A DNA stretch of 64,000 nucleotides from Squalus acanthias (taxonomy: Eukaryota): positions 25,360,001 through 25,424,000 of the forward strand of contig CM059433.1 of NCBI GenBank assembly GCA_030390025.1. Direction: 5' to 3'. Below the pieces are notes generated by a model, which saw only the letters and a program-made list of their open reading frames with translations, had not been told where the DNA came from and did not search any database. Positions 38,371-49,880 of the stretch are shown in pieces (positions within the stretch are counted from its first letter, which is position 1; each line of letters starts with the position of its first letter). A program made the translations under genes and the position numbers.

Positions 38371-39029
38371 TGTGAAATTGATGAAATTATATGCAAATTG
38401 AAATGAAATATGATGAATTTAAATATTATTAATGCTTTGGAAATAAACACAATTTGAATTAAAAATAAATGAATTAATAGAGAGTAGATTAAATTGTATA
38501 TTAAATTGGAGTTACTGTATATAATATTTTATATTATTTTTATAGAGTATACATTTTCGTGTAATCTGCATATGTCTTTCGGTTGAGATATTAAGCCAAA
38601 GCCCTTTCTGCCCCCTCAGGTGGATGTAAAAGGTCCCATGGCATAATTTCAAAGAGGAGCAGGGGTGATTGATCTGTCTGTTGAGACAAGGCACAACTTC
38701 TAACCAACAATTGCTTTGTTTTACATAAAGTATATGAATGAACAGTATACCGTTTTCTCAAGTTTCCTACACTCCTTGGTTACGAAAAATAATAAAGATG
38801 CCACTTTTCTACCTCTCTAAATGTAGGCTAGGTATTCAAAGTTGAGCTGGTTCAGACTTTATAAGATGTAGGTAATTGGTGCCTGCTAGAACAGCTCACT
38901 CTCTGGGCCTAACCCACTCAACAGGAAACTGATGGGATCGGATCAGCTGCCCCTTTTATACCCCACCCAATTTTATTTTCCATTGGAAAGTAAAATCAAG
39001 CGGGGAGGAGAACTATATTCATTCTGCCA

Positions 39030-39300
39030 GTGCATTTCACACTTCATTTAGCCTCAACCTGTCACATTAACACCTCCTCGTGCCTTGATTATCTCTTAAT
39101 GTCTCTCAATGTCTCTTAATCTCTCCTTTTGTTCTTTCATCCCGCCCCCTTTTCCCAGCTTTATCCTTGCTTTAAATCTATTTCATTTCCTGCTTTTTTC
39201 CAGTTCTGACAAAAGGTCTTCGACCTGAAATATTAACTCTGTTTCTCTCTCCACGGTTGCTGCCTGGCCTGCTGAGTTTTTCCAGCATTTTCTGTTGTTA
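39030..39300 (+). mobile_element. Degraded Penelope family B pLTR
   Basis: CCAGTTCTGACAAAAGGTCTTCGACCTGAAATATTAACTCTGTTTCTCTCTCCAC. Confidence 0.7.
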
Positions 39301-41415
39301 TCTTGAGTAGATGCCTACTCTTTGATATGGGAGCAGGAGGCCAATGGGCCAATGGAATGAAATGACACCTTCCCCCCTCAGATGTGATAAGGAAACCATC
39401 TTCTCACAATGGCACAAAATGCTTGCGATTGTAAATAACAACCATACCTTATTTACTAATTAACACTCCTAAATCACTATTGTTGAGGCGAGATACAGGC
39501 TGGTGTCCTGGTGAACAGAAAAAATGTTGCATGCGGCCTGGGGAAATAACTCCTGATGAGCTGAATCCAGTGTTACAGAAATATTACAAGTTAAAAACTC
39601 CAGCTCAGGCAACCCAGGCAAAATCCAATTCTCTGGAAGTGAAAGACGGGTAAGTGTGTCAGTGGGACTCGCCAGCAGAACTCAAAACAGTGTTTGATAA
39701 AAAAGGCAATTCATTCTGGCAGTGGAGGAAAAGCAATAGCTTCAGTGACCAAATTTTGGCAGAAGCAATGGTTTCGATACTAGAGCAGAGGAAATGATAT
39801 CTTGCAAAACACACCTTAACCAGTGCTTGTGGGACTGGGGGATGGTGAATATATAGCACCTGCTGAACAGAAACTGGTCTAAGTCTAGTAAATTGCTCTT
39901 GTGTATTGCAGCACTCTGATACACAGGAGGCAGGCATCAGATTTCAGGAGCTCCGACTATACAGTCCCACCAATGATTCACTAATTGCGTGGGAAGTAAA
40001 ACTGGGCAAATATTACTTGATATAACTTGGTATAAAGCTTTATCTCATGAACTGTTTGGCTTCAAGTATCGATTCCCATTCTTACCTGATCATTTTGGAA
40101 AATACCTTCATAGCCCTTGGCTTCAATGAAAAAGAAGGGTGGTTCACAGAATGGAACAGGTTTTGTGCAATTTTTGGCTCAGCATCAGGTACTGGTTGAC
40201 ACCTACAGACATATTGACATACGGTTGCATGTTGGAACTGGTTTCCACGCCCTGTACTCCAGTGCCGTTCCCTGCTCACGTAACTGCTAAATCTTTCAGT
40301 TTGCAGCCCGCCACTGAGTGCACTTACACAGCAAGGTTGGACTGCTTGTTTCAACATCCTGAAGAGAGAATTAAGTAAACTATAACCAAACTATCATTAG
40401 GGCTGTGCTCCCAAGCCTCCCGCACAAAGTAAGTAGATATTTCAACTAACTTGTTCTTTTAAACCTTTAACCTGCTAGTTCTGGTCACGTAGCTGCTCTC
40501 AGGCTGGCACTTGCCACCGACTTATTTCTGAATATTGCTGTGACTAAATGACAGCTAACTTTGCTTTGATCAATTTCAAACCAAATCTCATCTATTTCAT
40601 TTGCAAAATGGCGAAAGGCTCTGAAATGATATTTTAACTTGTACTAATAGGTGCGTTGTTGCAAACAGATAGCCAGGATAATGCAGGCAGGACAGCAGTC
40701 TGATCAAACTCAACTCCAGTTTCTGTGCGGCTGGAAGCGTGGGTGTGGAACAAGACATTTCTTGTGTCGCAGTACATCTGCTCTGTTTAAACAGTATCGC
40801 CTTATTACAGATAATTGTTCAAAATAGGTCATTTGGATAACGATTGTTTTAGTATAATGAGAGATCTTTGTACAGTGTTACCAGCTTATAACCAGGTCAC
40901 TGGAGCCACAGACAGTATTACTTTATATGCAGTTTTTGCTAAATCAGGAAAACTTTACTTTTTTGTCATTTGACAGTACTTTGCTGTTCCCCAGCCCACC
41001 TACCCAGCGCTGCTGTGGCCATCTGTATCCCAATGATCTGTATGAAGCTATTAGCTGGTACACTCATTGACTGACAAATATTAAACATGCACTCCTCTGA
41101 ATGAAATGCTAAGCATGTTTCAAACAGGTACTGAAACTTCAAACATGCTTTAACAAGTAGTCCCTGAATCTTTAAGTTTGTTATATTGGGTGTGAAAGGA
41201 TTGTGCCAGTTGGTCCTTAATAGCTGTCATTTCACCGTGATCATTTATCTCTGGTAAAACAAGAGGAGAAAAACTCATTCTTATAAAGGATTTTATAGTT
41301 TCCACTGTATATATTTCTGATGTGTATTCCCCTGCTGTTCAGAATTATAATACTGCTTTTTCTTCCTCCAGTAGGCACAGAAATTCAACCCTGGATAGCA
41401 TTACATTCTGCCAAT

Positions 41416-41859
41416 ATGAACTTATCTAGCCGCATCTCTTCCCTGGGTGATGAATACAGATCTGAGGATTATGTTGAGCCTCACTATAAGGAATGGTACC
41501 GTTTAGCTGTTGATACATTAGCAGATGAAGGAATTCTTGCCTATAAAGAATTTCTAACAAAGGAAGGACTGTGTGAGTTCCTGGCTGAGGAAGAGCTTTA
41601 TTTCATCAAGGACAACGTTAGAAAAATCTCTCCATCAATCACAGCCTATACTCTCGAGAACGATAAAGATGGCTCATCCTCTGGCACCTACTGGCCTGTT
41701 CAGTCTGATACAGATGCTCCAGATTTAGACTTGGGATGGCCTTATGTTATAAAAGGCTTAGAGACACAAAGCAAAATTGATCTATGTTTTCATCCGCCTC
41801 GAGATAACTCACCTACGATCAAGGAGATAGTAAGGAAACTAATAAAGAATGGACGGCAG
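41416..41859 (+). CDS. FAM83B: FAM83B-like, first coding exon (DUF1669/PLD-like N-terminus); exon starts at 41372 with 5'UTR
   Basis: MNLSSRISSLGDEYRSEDYVEPHYKEWYRLAVD...SSGTYWPVQSDTDAPDLDLGWPYV...FHPPR...TIKEIVRKLIK closely resembles FAM83B as I recall it; acceptor TTTTTCTTCCTCCAG, donor CAG|GTAC; 444 nt, phase 0. Confidence 0.92.
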
Positions 41860-42777
41860 GTACCAAAATAATTTAATAGTAAAATAAATGTTACACTGAA
41901 ATTAAGGTATATGGTCCTTTGGAGGCAAGAACTGCACAGACACGATGGGCCGAATGGCCTGCTTCTGTGCTGTAAATTCCTATGATTCTATGAACTGACT
42001 GCTGTGACAAGGTTACTGCTAAGGTTAGGAATGGGCTTTGGCGGAAAACATGTCAAGCTCAGAGTTTTTTTTAAGAGAAACAGAAACAAAACTGCACAAT
42101 TGTAGAGATTTATGTCTTTTGCAATCGTGACAAAAAAATTCCATGTGTGAAACTTTTAAGGGCTGATGTTAACTCCCAGCAGGAAGCTGCTGGGACCGGA
42201 CGGCAATCCCTCACGGGAGTCTTTGTCGGAGTCCTGGCAGGTTTTAACTGCTGGGCCTCAGTTGAATGTTGGTCACTCGGCCGTTTCCGGTGGCAAGTGG
42301 CAGCTGGCCAGCTGGGGGGGAGACGAAACTCAGGCTACCTGCTGGCACCGAGAAAAGGCTGCTGGCAGCAAGCGAAGTGCAGGACAAGGGGAGGGGTGGG
42401 GGGGGGGGGTGGTGGTGCGAGAGGGAGGGGGATTGTTGCGAGGGTCTTGCTGTTTGGAAATGAAGAAAGCCGAGGCCTGAACTTTCCTCGTGGGGCCTGG
42501 AGAAACACTCCTGCTCCTCCAGGCCCCACTAAGGAAGGTTTTTTTTAAACTTACCTCAGTGGGATCTGCTGGCTTCCCGACACGTTCACCTGACAGGGTG
42601 GCCGGTGTGGGCACCCCACTCAGGACCAGGTTAAAATTCCATCAGGGTCCCATGTACGTCATGAGACCTCCTGATTTGCATTTATTAATGAGGCTCCTGT
42701 TGGATTCCTGCAGGCACCTCGTCTGCCACCAAACAATGGGGTAGATCTTGGCTTTGTGTGATAGTGTATTTCTTCAC

Positions 42778-42864
42778 TTCACCTGACGAAGGAGCAGCCA
42801 CTCCGAAAGCTTGTGATTTCAAATAAAACTGTTGGACTATAACCTGGTGTTGTGCGACTTCTCA
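42778..42864 (+). mobile_element. Single-arm Penelope family A pLTR end with hammerhead motif (42779-42816)
   Basis: TTCACCTGACGAAGGAGCAGCCACTCCGAAAGCTTGTGATTTCAAATAAAACTGTTGGACTATAACCTGGTGTTGTGCGACTTCTCA. Confidence 0.85.
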
Positions 42865-43941
42865 GTAGTGTAAAACAGGTGATAGCAAGTTGGCAGCTCA
42901 TTTTTAGCTCTCTGCAGATTTTAATCTCCATTGACTTCAATGGAACGAAATGTTGCCACTCCATTTTAACTACTCCCCCGCACCTTTCCTGCCGATTGGG
43001 GAGAGTTAAATTTGAGCTGTTAGTTATGCAGCACAGCTGTAAGGATTGTTGGTTTTGATCTTATTTTAAATACATGTATCCTATTTATACCTTAAATATT
43101 CTTCTCCTAATGGAGAGCTGGGAGTGGGTGCTTAATATAGCAAACAGCTCAATCTCCTCTGCTGATAATTGTCACGCCTCTCATGAGGATCAGAGCGGGG
43201 TCTGCACAGGAAGAAACAGGATATCAAGGTGTGCGAATAGACAATGTGACAGCAGCCTACAAGAAAGGGGCTGCAACTCCACTTCCTTCACACCTCTTTC
43301 CTCAGTCACCCTGTACCTTGTTAGAATTCATACCTGCATCAACCCTATAGCCAACCACTGAAAAACTACCTGCATCTAGCGCCAGGCCCTTCACCACACC
43401 CGAAACCCCCCACCACAACCTGCTGACATCAGTCCTTCCCCTGCCTAGCACCCCCGCCACCAAAAATAGCAGCCTGTGACACCTCGCCATCTTCCTTTCA
43501 CACAACACCTCATCACCCATCACCTCCGTACCCAAAAGCAAACAGAAAGGAACAAAGACAAATAAGCAGCAAGAAGAGAAAGACAGAGAGACACACAACA
43601 GAGGCAGGCAAAGAAGCTGCAACACAGCCATGACAGCGACAATTAAGGGATGGACAACAACACCAGCTTGCATTTATACAGCGCCTTTAACGTATGGCGC
43701 CTAGAGGATATCCTCTGACTTCCCATGAGCAATGACAATGGGAGGTCCACTAATGATTTTGTTTAAAAATTAGCCACTCTAAATAGCTGGCGGCCTGTGT
43801 CAGTGAAGACAGAGCCCAGATTGTAGCCATTTTTGTCGAGGCAGAAGGCGGTGTATTCGGGGGCTGACAGAAGTAAGGCTGGCAGTGTTCCAGCTGGTCA
43901 GAGCACTCAGCAATGCCGCCAGCACAGTTCCGGCTCTTCCC

Positions 43942-43978
43942 AGTTCTGATGAAAGGTCATCGACCTGAAACGTCAACT
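43942..43978 (+). ncRNA. Minimal hammerhead motif with canonical GUC triplet, in a Penelope B remnant (43925-44071), sense to the FAM83B intron
   Basis: AGTT-CTGATGA-A-AGGTC atc GACCT-GAA-ACGT-C-AACT. Confidence 0.75.
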
Positions 43979-44974
43979 CTCTTTCTCTCTCCACGGATGC
44001 TGCCTGGCCTGCTGAGTTTTTCCAGCGTTTTCTGTTGTTATTTCGGATTTCCAGCATCCGCAGTATTTTGCTATCCCATTCCCCTCTTACTTTCATGAAC
44101 CTCGACAGTAGCTGCTCACAGGGACAACAATAAATCAATATCCTGTGGTTCCTATTACTGGCAGGTGGAAAAGTATTTTACTAATGGTGAATAAGAGTAA
44201 AAAGCGATGTTGCCCCATAGTGCAGTGGAGGTCAGATGCAAACTGTTTTTTAAAAAGACATTACTGAATGCTGGTTCTTTTCATGATTATTATTTATTTC
44301 CTTATCAAGATTTAAGTTAAAATACGTCAACACTTGGCGCCTTATTGTCACAAATACCACAAGAGGGGATTTCAAGCGGTGCAGTATCGGCACTACCTGG
44401 TCTCTTTGATGGTATTACCCACTGTCTCTCTTTCCTCTGGATGCCCATATAAGTGACAACACCTTATAGCCGGTATATAAATATGACCTTAATGGAGGCC
44501 AGGCCAACAGTGGTTGACATCTCCACCTACTCCCCTGTTTAAAAAGCGGTGTGCTGATCAGGGTTAAAAGGAGCCCAGATTTAAAATATAATTGTGCCCT
44601 TTGTGTTGGTGAATGAATTGTTCTCACACTCCAACTTTGTACGCAGGTAATTCATTGTAATCGAGGCCAGTTTCAATCTTATGCAATAGTGCTTGTCCTG
44701 TATCACTATACTAGGCCCGCGTTTCTTCCTCTCCTACCTCGATCCACCAGCTGAATTACACACTTCAGATATGAATCCATCCACATCTTTTAAAAGAAGT
44801 CTGCATTCTTTGTGGGCTAAATGCTAATTATAATGGAGAGTGCAGGGGCATTAAAAGGCAGTTCCATTCAATAGTGTACAAATTAGAGTCTTTTGTTGGT
44901 TCCCTCAGTGGCTTGGCTGCTAAAAGTCGATGTACATCTCTTTCCAAAAGACCAGCAGGTTGTAGGTCCAAAGC

Positions 44975-45660
44975 CCAGTTTGCTGATTTTGGCTTGGGTG
45001 GTAGTAGGGGTACTGCAAATAGACTTAATGACCCTGGACTAGGGAGGATGGATCCAATCAACCATAATTCCCATTCTGCTTGTTAACCAGAGACTTCCGC
45101 TGGAAAGTGAGGATAGAATCGGGCTTGGCTGTGATTTCCCCCTCCCTCCCCACCACAGTAAACTGGCTGTCAATATTCACACGTGAATTCACACTTGGGC
45201 TTCTGAGCAAGGTGTCAGAGGTCACTCAGCACCCATGGTACTTTACCTTAGCATCAGCTTCACCTTTAGGAAGGAAGGTGGAAAATTGAAGGAGTTTTTT
45301 TTTCCTACCAATTTTCTACCCCCTTCTGAAAGTATTAACTGGGAAAAGGATCCATTCGTGCCGTGGAGCCTCTGGTGCCTCGCTCTGGCCCCAGTCTTCA
45401 TCTGTGAACCTTGATGGTGAGCGTCTGCAGGCTCTTCAGGCACAAGAGACATCAAAGCCAAACCTAATCTTGCGCTCACTTGATGTCCACACATCCAGCA
45501 GGGGTCATGATCAGGAGTAGGAATTATGGCCCATTTTTCTAATGCAGGAGCATTGAGGCTAACACTCCCTAGACTGAGACCGACTAATCCAGCACAGACC
45601 AAGGATTGAACTTGTGTCCTGTATAGCTCAACTAGTCACGGGATGAACTCGCTGAACCAT
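44975..45660. mobile_element. Two degraded copies of the second SINE family in opposite orientation
   Basis: 44975-45240 (+) and 45350-45660 (-), similar to 16325-16670; boundaries approximate. Confidence 0.5.
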
Positions 45661-47214
45661 CCTTGGAATGGATTTTTTTTTTAAAGTCGTTAAAAAATTG
45701 GAATTCTGAACCACCATATTAATATTATAATTGGAATTTGAATACTTACACTGTCAGTTTGTAGTCTGGAATTGCTTCTGAAGGTGGGCGAAGGTACCTC
45801 ACAATCTTTGCTTAACTAGTTCTCAGGATGTATACGATGCTGGCATCAGAGGTTCTAAGGTGGCCTGGCATCAAGGTGAAGAGGACCCACAAGGTAAGTT
45901 TGCAATGTCCTTTTCTTTGGGCCTTGAGGCCTTCTCCAGCAGCAGACAGAAGGCCCTGTGTAAGACTGTCAAGCAAACAGCTGCAGGCGTCTCAGGTCTG
46001 CAGCTGCACCTGTGTTCCTATCATTCATTCTCAGAGCCAGGCCCTGCCCGGGGATGGGTCTCCACCGTGGGTGTGACCTTTGCCATACTAGTGGCACAAA
46101 GCACCAAATTCGATCACACTGCAGCCTGGAAAGGCAGAGTGCACTTCTGTTGCCTGGGCAAGGGGAAAAATACTGGGGGTGAAGACTCAAAAGGCTTAGT
46201 ATTCGAAAAGAAAGTACAATAAAAATATGGGGAAAAGGCAGGAAATCGACCTAGCATCAATAGCTCCAGCTGAAGAATTAGCACTGGCACAGGCTCAATG
46301 GAATGAATCGGGTCCTTTACTGCTGTCATTTCTAAGATTCTACACAGGTGCCATTAATTATTTTTCTATAGTTCAGGCCTGTTTGCTTTTGGAGTCCAGG
46401 TGACTTATTTTAATAGTAAAATTGAAGCACCCATTTAACTGCATATCGGGGGCATCTGAATGTCCCGTGGAGAGGCGGGATGTTTAATTAACATATTTAA
46501 ATCAGACTGCCACAGTGCAATTGGGATCCCGATTTAAAATTTACCGCTGCCGCTCCAGTTTTCCCAGGGGTCTGGAAACTCGGCAGTGAAAGGGAGCTGG
46601 GAGCTGTTGGCTCCACAAGGTATGTGCCCCTTTCAGCACTCCTTGTGGGTCAGGAGGAGCAGGAGTGCGCCCCCCCAGGCTCCTCCTGGAGGCCTTTGGC
46701 TTCCCTCTGCGCTGATTGCCAGCCTCCCCCTATCCCCAATTGCCGACCTCCCCACTCCAGCCCCGATTGCCGACCACCCCCACCTGATCTCGCTCCTCTC
46801 CCCCCTTCCGATTGTCGGGGACCGTCCTCGTCACCCGCCCATCGGCCAATGTTAATGAGGTCCTGCTGCTAAGATCAGCAGGACCTCCGTGTCCCCGGCC
46901 TTGCCGGGTTCTTCGGGCGTCTTCAGCCTCACCCGCACCCTCCAGGCCTCACCGTAAATATCAGGGCCAATGTTTCCGCATAATGGCTCCGTATGTGTTA
47001 TATGTACAAATTAGTGAATATACTCGTAACATACTTCAAACAGCTTCCCTGTATTTTTACATTTTCCTATATCACATATAATAATGACACCACATCTTAG
47101 CTAAATTCAATCATTCTTGTATTCTAAAAGAATATATTGCTGGAAAAATGATATAATGATTGACAGTTCCAGTGACAAATTTTCTTTATTTTCTTTATTT
47201 TAAATTTCAAACAG

Positions 47215-47379
47215 GTCATTGGTATTGTTATGGACATGTTCACTGATGTGGACATCTTCAGGGATGTGCTCGAGGCTGCAGCAAGAGGAGTTCCGGTCTA
47301 CATAGTGCTCGATGACTCCAACTTCAATCACTTTACCAATATGTGTGAGAAACAAGGCGTTCACCTTCAGAGGCTCATG
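47215..47379 (+). CDS. FAM83B: FAM83B-like, second coding exon
   Basis: [59 protein letters not shown]| acceptor, |GTAAGG donor; 165 nt, phase 0; not in the ORF track. Confidence 0.93.
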
Positions 47380-47734
47380 GTAAGGGTTTCTTGCTTTGGA
47401 GGACCTTAGTCCTTACTCACCTGAAGTGAGTATATCCTGGGTTAGAAATTTGTTGGCGCCTGGCTTTGGTTGCAACGGCGGCGGTGCAGCTGCAAAGCGT
47501 GCCCAATACAGGAGGTGCAAGGCCAGCCAGAAATTGGGCCTCTGGCCTCAGTTGAATAATCTGGGTGAGCTGCTGGCACCTGTCGGCCCTCCACAGGTTG
47601 TTCACCTGACTCTTGAATCGAATTTGGCCGACACGCCTCGCTGGCAGCCACCCACAGAAATGTCCCGGGGGGGCACAGAACAGTGCGGGGGGGGAGGGCG
47701 ATCGTAGGGTGGCAGCGGCCCTCAGGAGGGCTGC

Positions 47735-49880
47735 ACATTTGAGCCAGCGATGATGAAGGAACAGCGATATATGGTGTATGACTTGGAAGGGAAGTTGGAG
47801 GTGGCAGGGTTCCCATGTACCTGCTGTCCTTGTCCTAGGCGGTGCAGGACACGGGTTTGGGAGGTGCTGTACATACTACACCTTGTAGCCCTGGTACTCC
47901 GGTGGTGGAGGGGGTGGACGTTTAGAGCAGTGAATGAGGTACCGATCAAGCGGGCTGCTTTGTCCTGGATGGTGTTGAGCTTCTTGAGTGTCGCTGCACC
48001 TGCACCCATCCAGGTAAGTGGATAGTATTTCATCACACTCTTGACTTGTGCTTCAGAGGTGCTGGAGAGGCTTTGGGGAGTCAGGAGATGTGCCACTCAC
48101 CACAGAATACCCAGCCTCTGACCTGCTCTAGAAGCCACAGCATTTATGTGGCTGGTCCAGTTAAGTTTCTGGTCAATGGCTCGGACGCTGACGGTAGGGG
48201 ACTTGGCGATGGTAATGCCATTATTTGTCAATGTAGTGTCAGCTGTGGCTCAGTGGGTAGCACACTTGCCTGTGAGTCAGAAGGTTGTGGGTTCAAGTCC
48301 CACTCCAGGGACTTGAGCACATAAATCTAGGCTGACACTCCAGTGCAGTGCTGAGGAGTGCTGCTCTCTCAGGTGGACGTAAAAGGTCCCATGGCACTAT
48401 TTCGAAGAAGAGCAGGGGAGTTCTCCCTGGTGTCCTGGCCAATATTTATCCCTCAATCAACATCACTAAAACAGATTATCTGGTCATTATCACATTGCTG
48501 TTTGTGGGAGCTTGCTGTGCGCAAATTGGCTGCCGCGTATCCCAATTTACAACAGTGGGTACACTCCAAAAGTGCTTCATTGGCTGTAAAGCGCTTTGAG
48601 ATGTCCAGTGGTCGTGAAAGGCGCTATATAAATGCAAGTCTTTCTTTTTAATGAAAGATGGTTATGCACTCTCTTGTTGGAGATGGTTATTGCCTGGCAC
48701 TTGTGTGGCGCAAACGTTATTTGCCACTTATCAGCCCAAGCCTGGATATTGTCCAGGTCTTGCTGCAGCGGGTACGGACTGTTTCATTTTCTGAGGAAGT
48801 GCGAATGGAACTGAACACTGTGAAATCATCAGCGAACATCCCCATTTCTGACGTTTTGTGGAGGGAAGTTCATTAATGAAGCAGCTGAAGATAGTTGGAC
48901 TTAGGACACTGCCCTGATGAACTCCTACAGCAATGTCCTGGGACTGAGATGATTGGCCTCCAATAACCACAACCATCTTCCTTTGTGCTAGGTATGACTC
49001 CAGCCACTGGAGAGCTTTCCCCTGATGCACTGACTTCAGTTTTACTAGGACTCTTGCTGCTACACTTGGTCAAATGCTGCCTTGATGTTAAGGACAGTCA
49101 CCTCACCTCACCTCTGGAATTCAGCTCTTGTGTCCATGTTTGGACCAAAGCTGTAATGAAGTCTGGAACCGAGTGGTCCTAGCAGAACCCAATCTGAGCA
49201 TTGGTAAGCAGGTTATTTGTGAGTAAGTGCTGTTTTAAAGCACTGTCTACGACACCTTCTATCACTTTGCTGATGATTGGGTGCAGGCTGACAGGGCAGT
49301 AATTGGCTGGGTTGGATTTGTCCTGCTTTTTGTGGTCCGAACATACCTGGGAAATTTTCCACATTGTCGGGTAAATGCCAGTGTTGTAGCTGTACTGGAA
49401 CAGCTTTCCTAGGGGCATAGCTAGTTCTGGAGCACAGGTCTTCAGCCCTACAGCCGGGATATTTTCAGGGCCCATAGACTTCGCTGTGTCTAGTGCACTT
49501 AGCTGATTCTTGATGTCACATGGAGTGAATTGAATTGGCTGAAGACTGTGATGGTGTGAACCTCAGGAGGAAGCCGAGAAGGATCATTCACTCGGCACCT
49601 CTGTCTGGAGGTGGTTGCAAATGCTTCAGCCTTGTCTTTAGCACTCACGTGCTGGGCTCATCCAGCATTGAGAATGGGGATGTTTATGTTGCCTCCTCCT
49701 CCCATTTGATTTTTGATTGTCCACCATCATTCACGACTGGATGTGGCAGGACTGGAGAGCTTTGACCTGATCCATTGGTTGTGGAATCGCTTAGTTCTAT
49801 CTATAGCATGCTTGTTTTGCTGTATAACATGCATGTAGTTCTGTGTTGTAGATTTATTTTCAGGTACGCCTGATCCTGCT
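47735..49880 (-). mobile_element. CR1-group LINE RT fragment (same family as 37575-38370), interrupted by a SINE
   Basis: GPENIPAVGLKTCAPEL, KKQDKSNPANY, LQWLESYLAQRKMVVV, GVHQGSVLSP. Confidence 0.8.
48236..48648 (+). mobile_element. Deu-domain tRNA SINE
   Basis: Intact head TGTCAGCTGTGGCTCAGTGGGTAGCAC...GGTTCAAGTCCC; tail GGCGCTATATAAATGCAAGTCTTTC. Confidence 0.88.

Noticed and set aside
41320..41415. Signal-peptide-like N-terminal extension of FAM83B in the ORF track
   Set aside because: It spans the intron polypyrimidine tract and acceptor at 41370-41371; homology starts at ATG 41416
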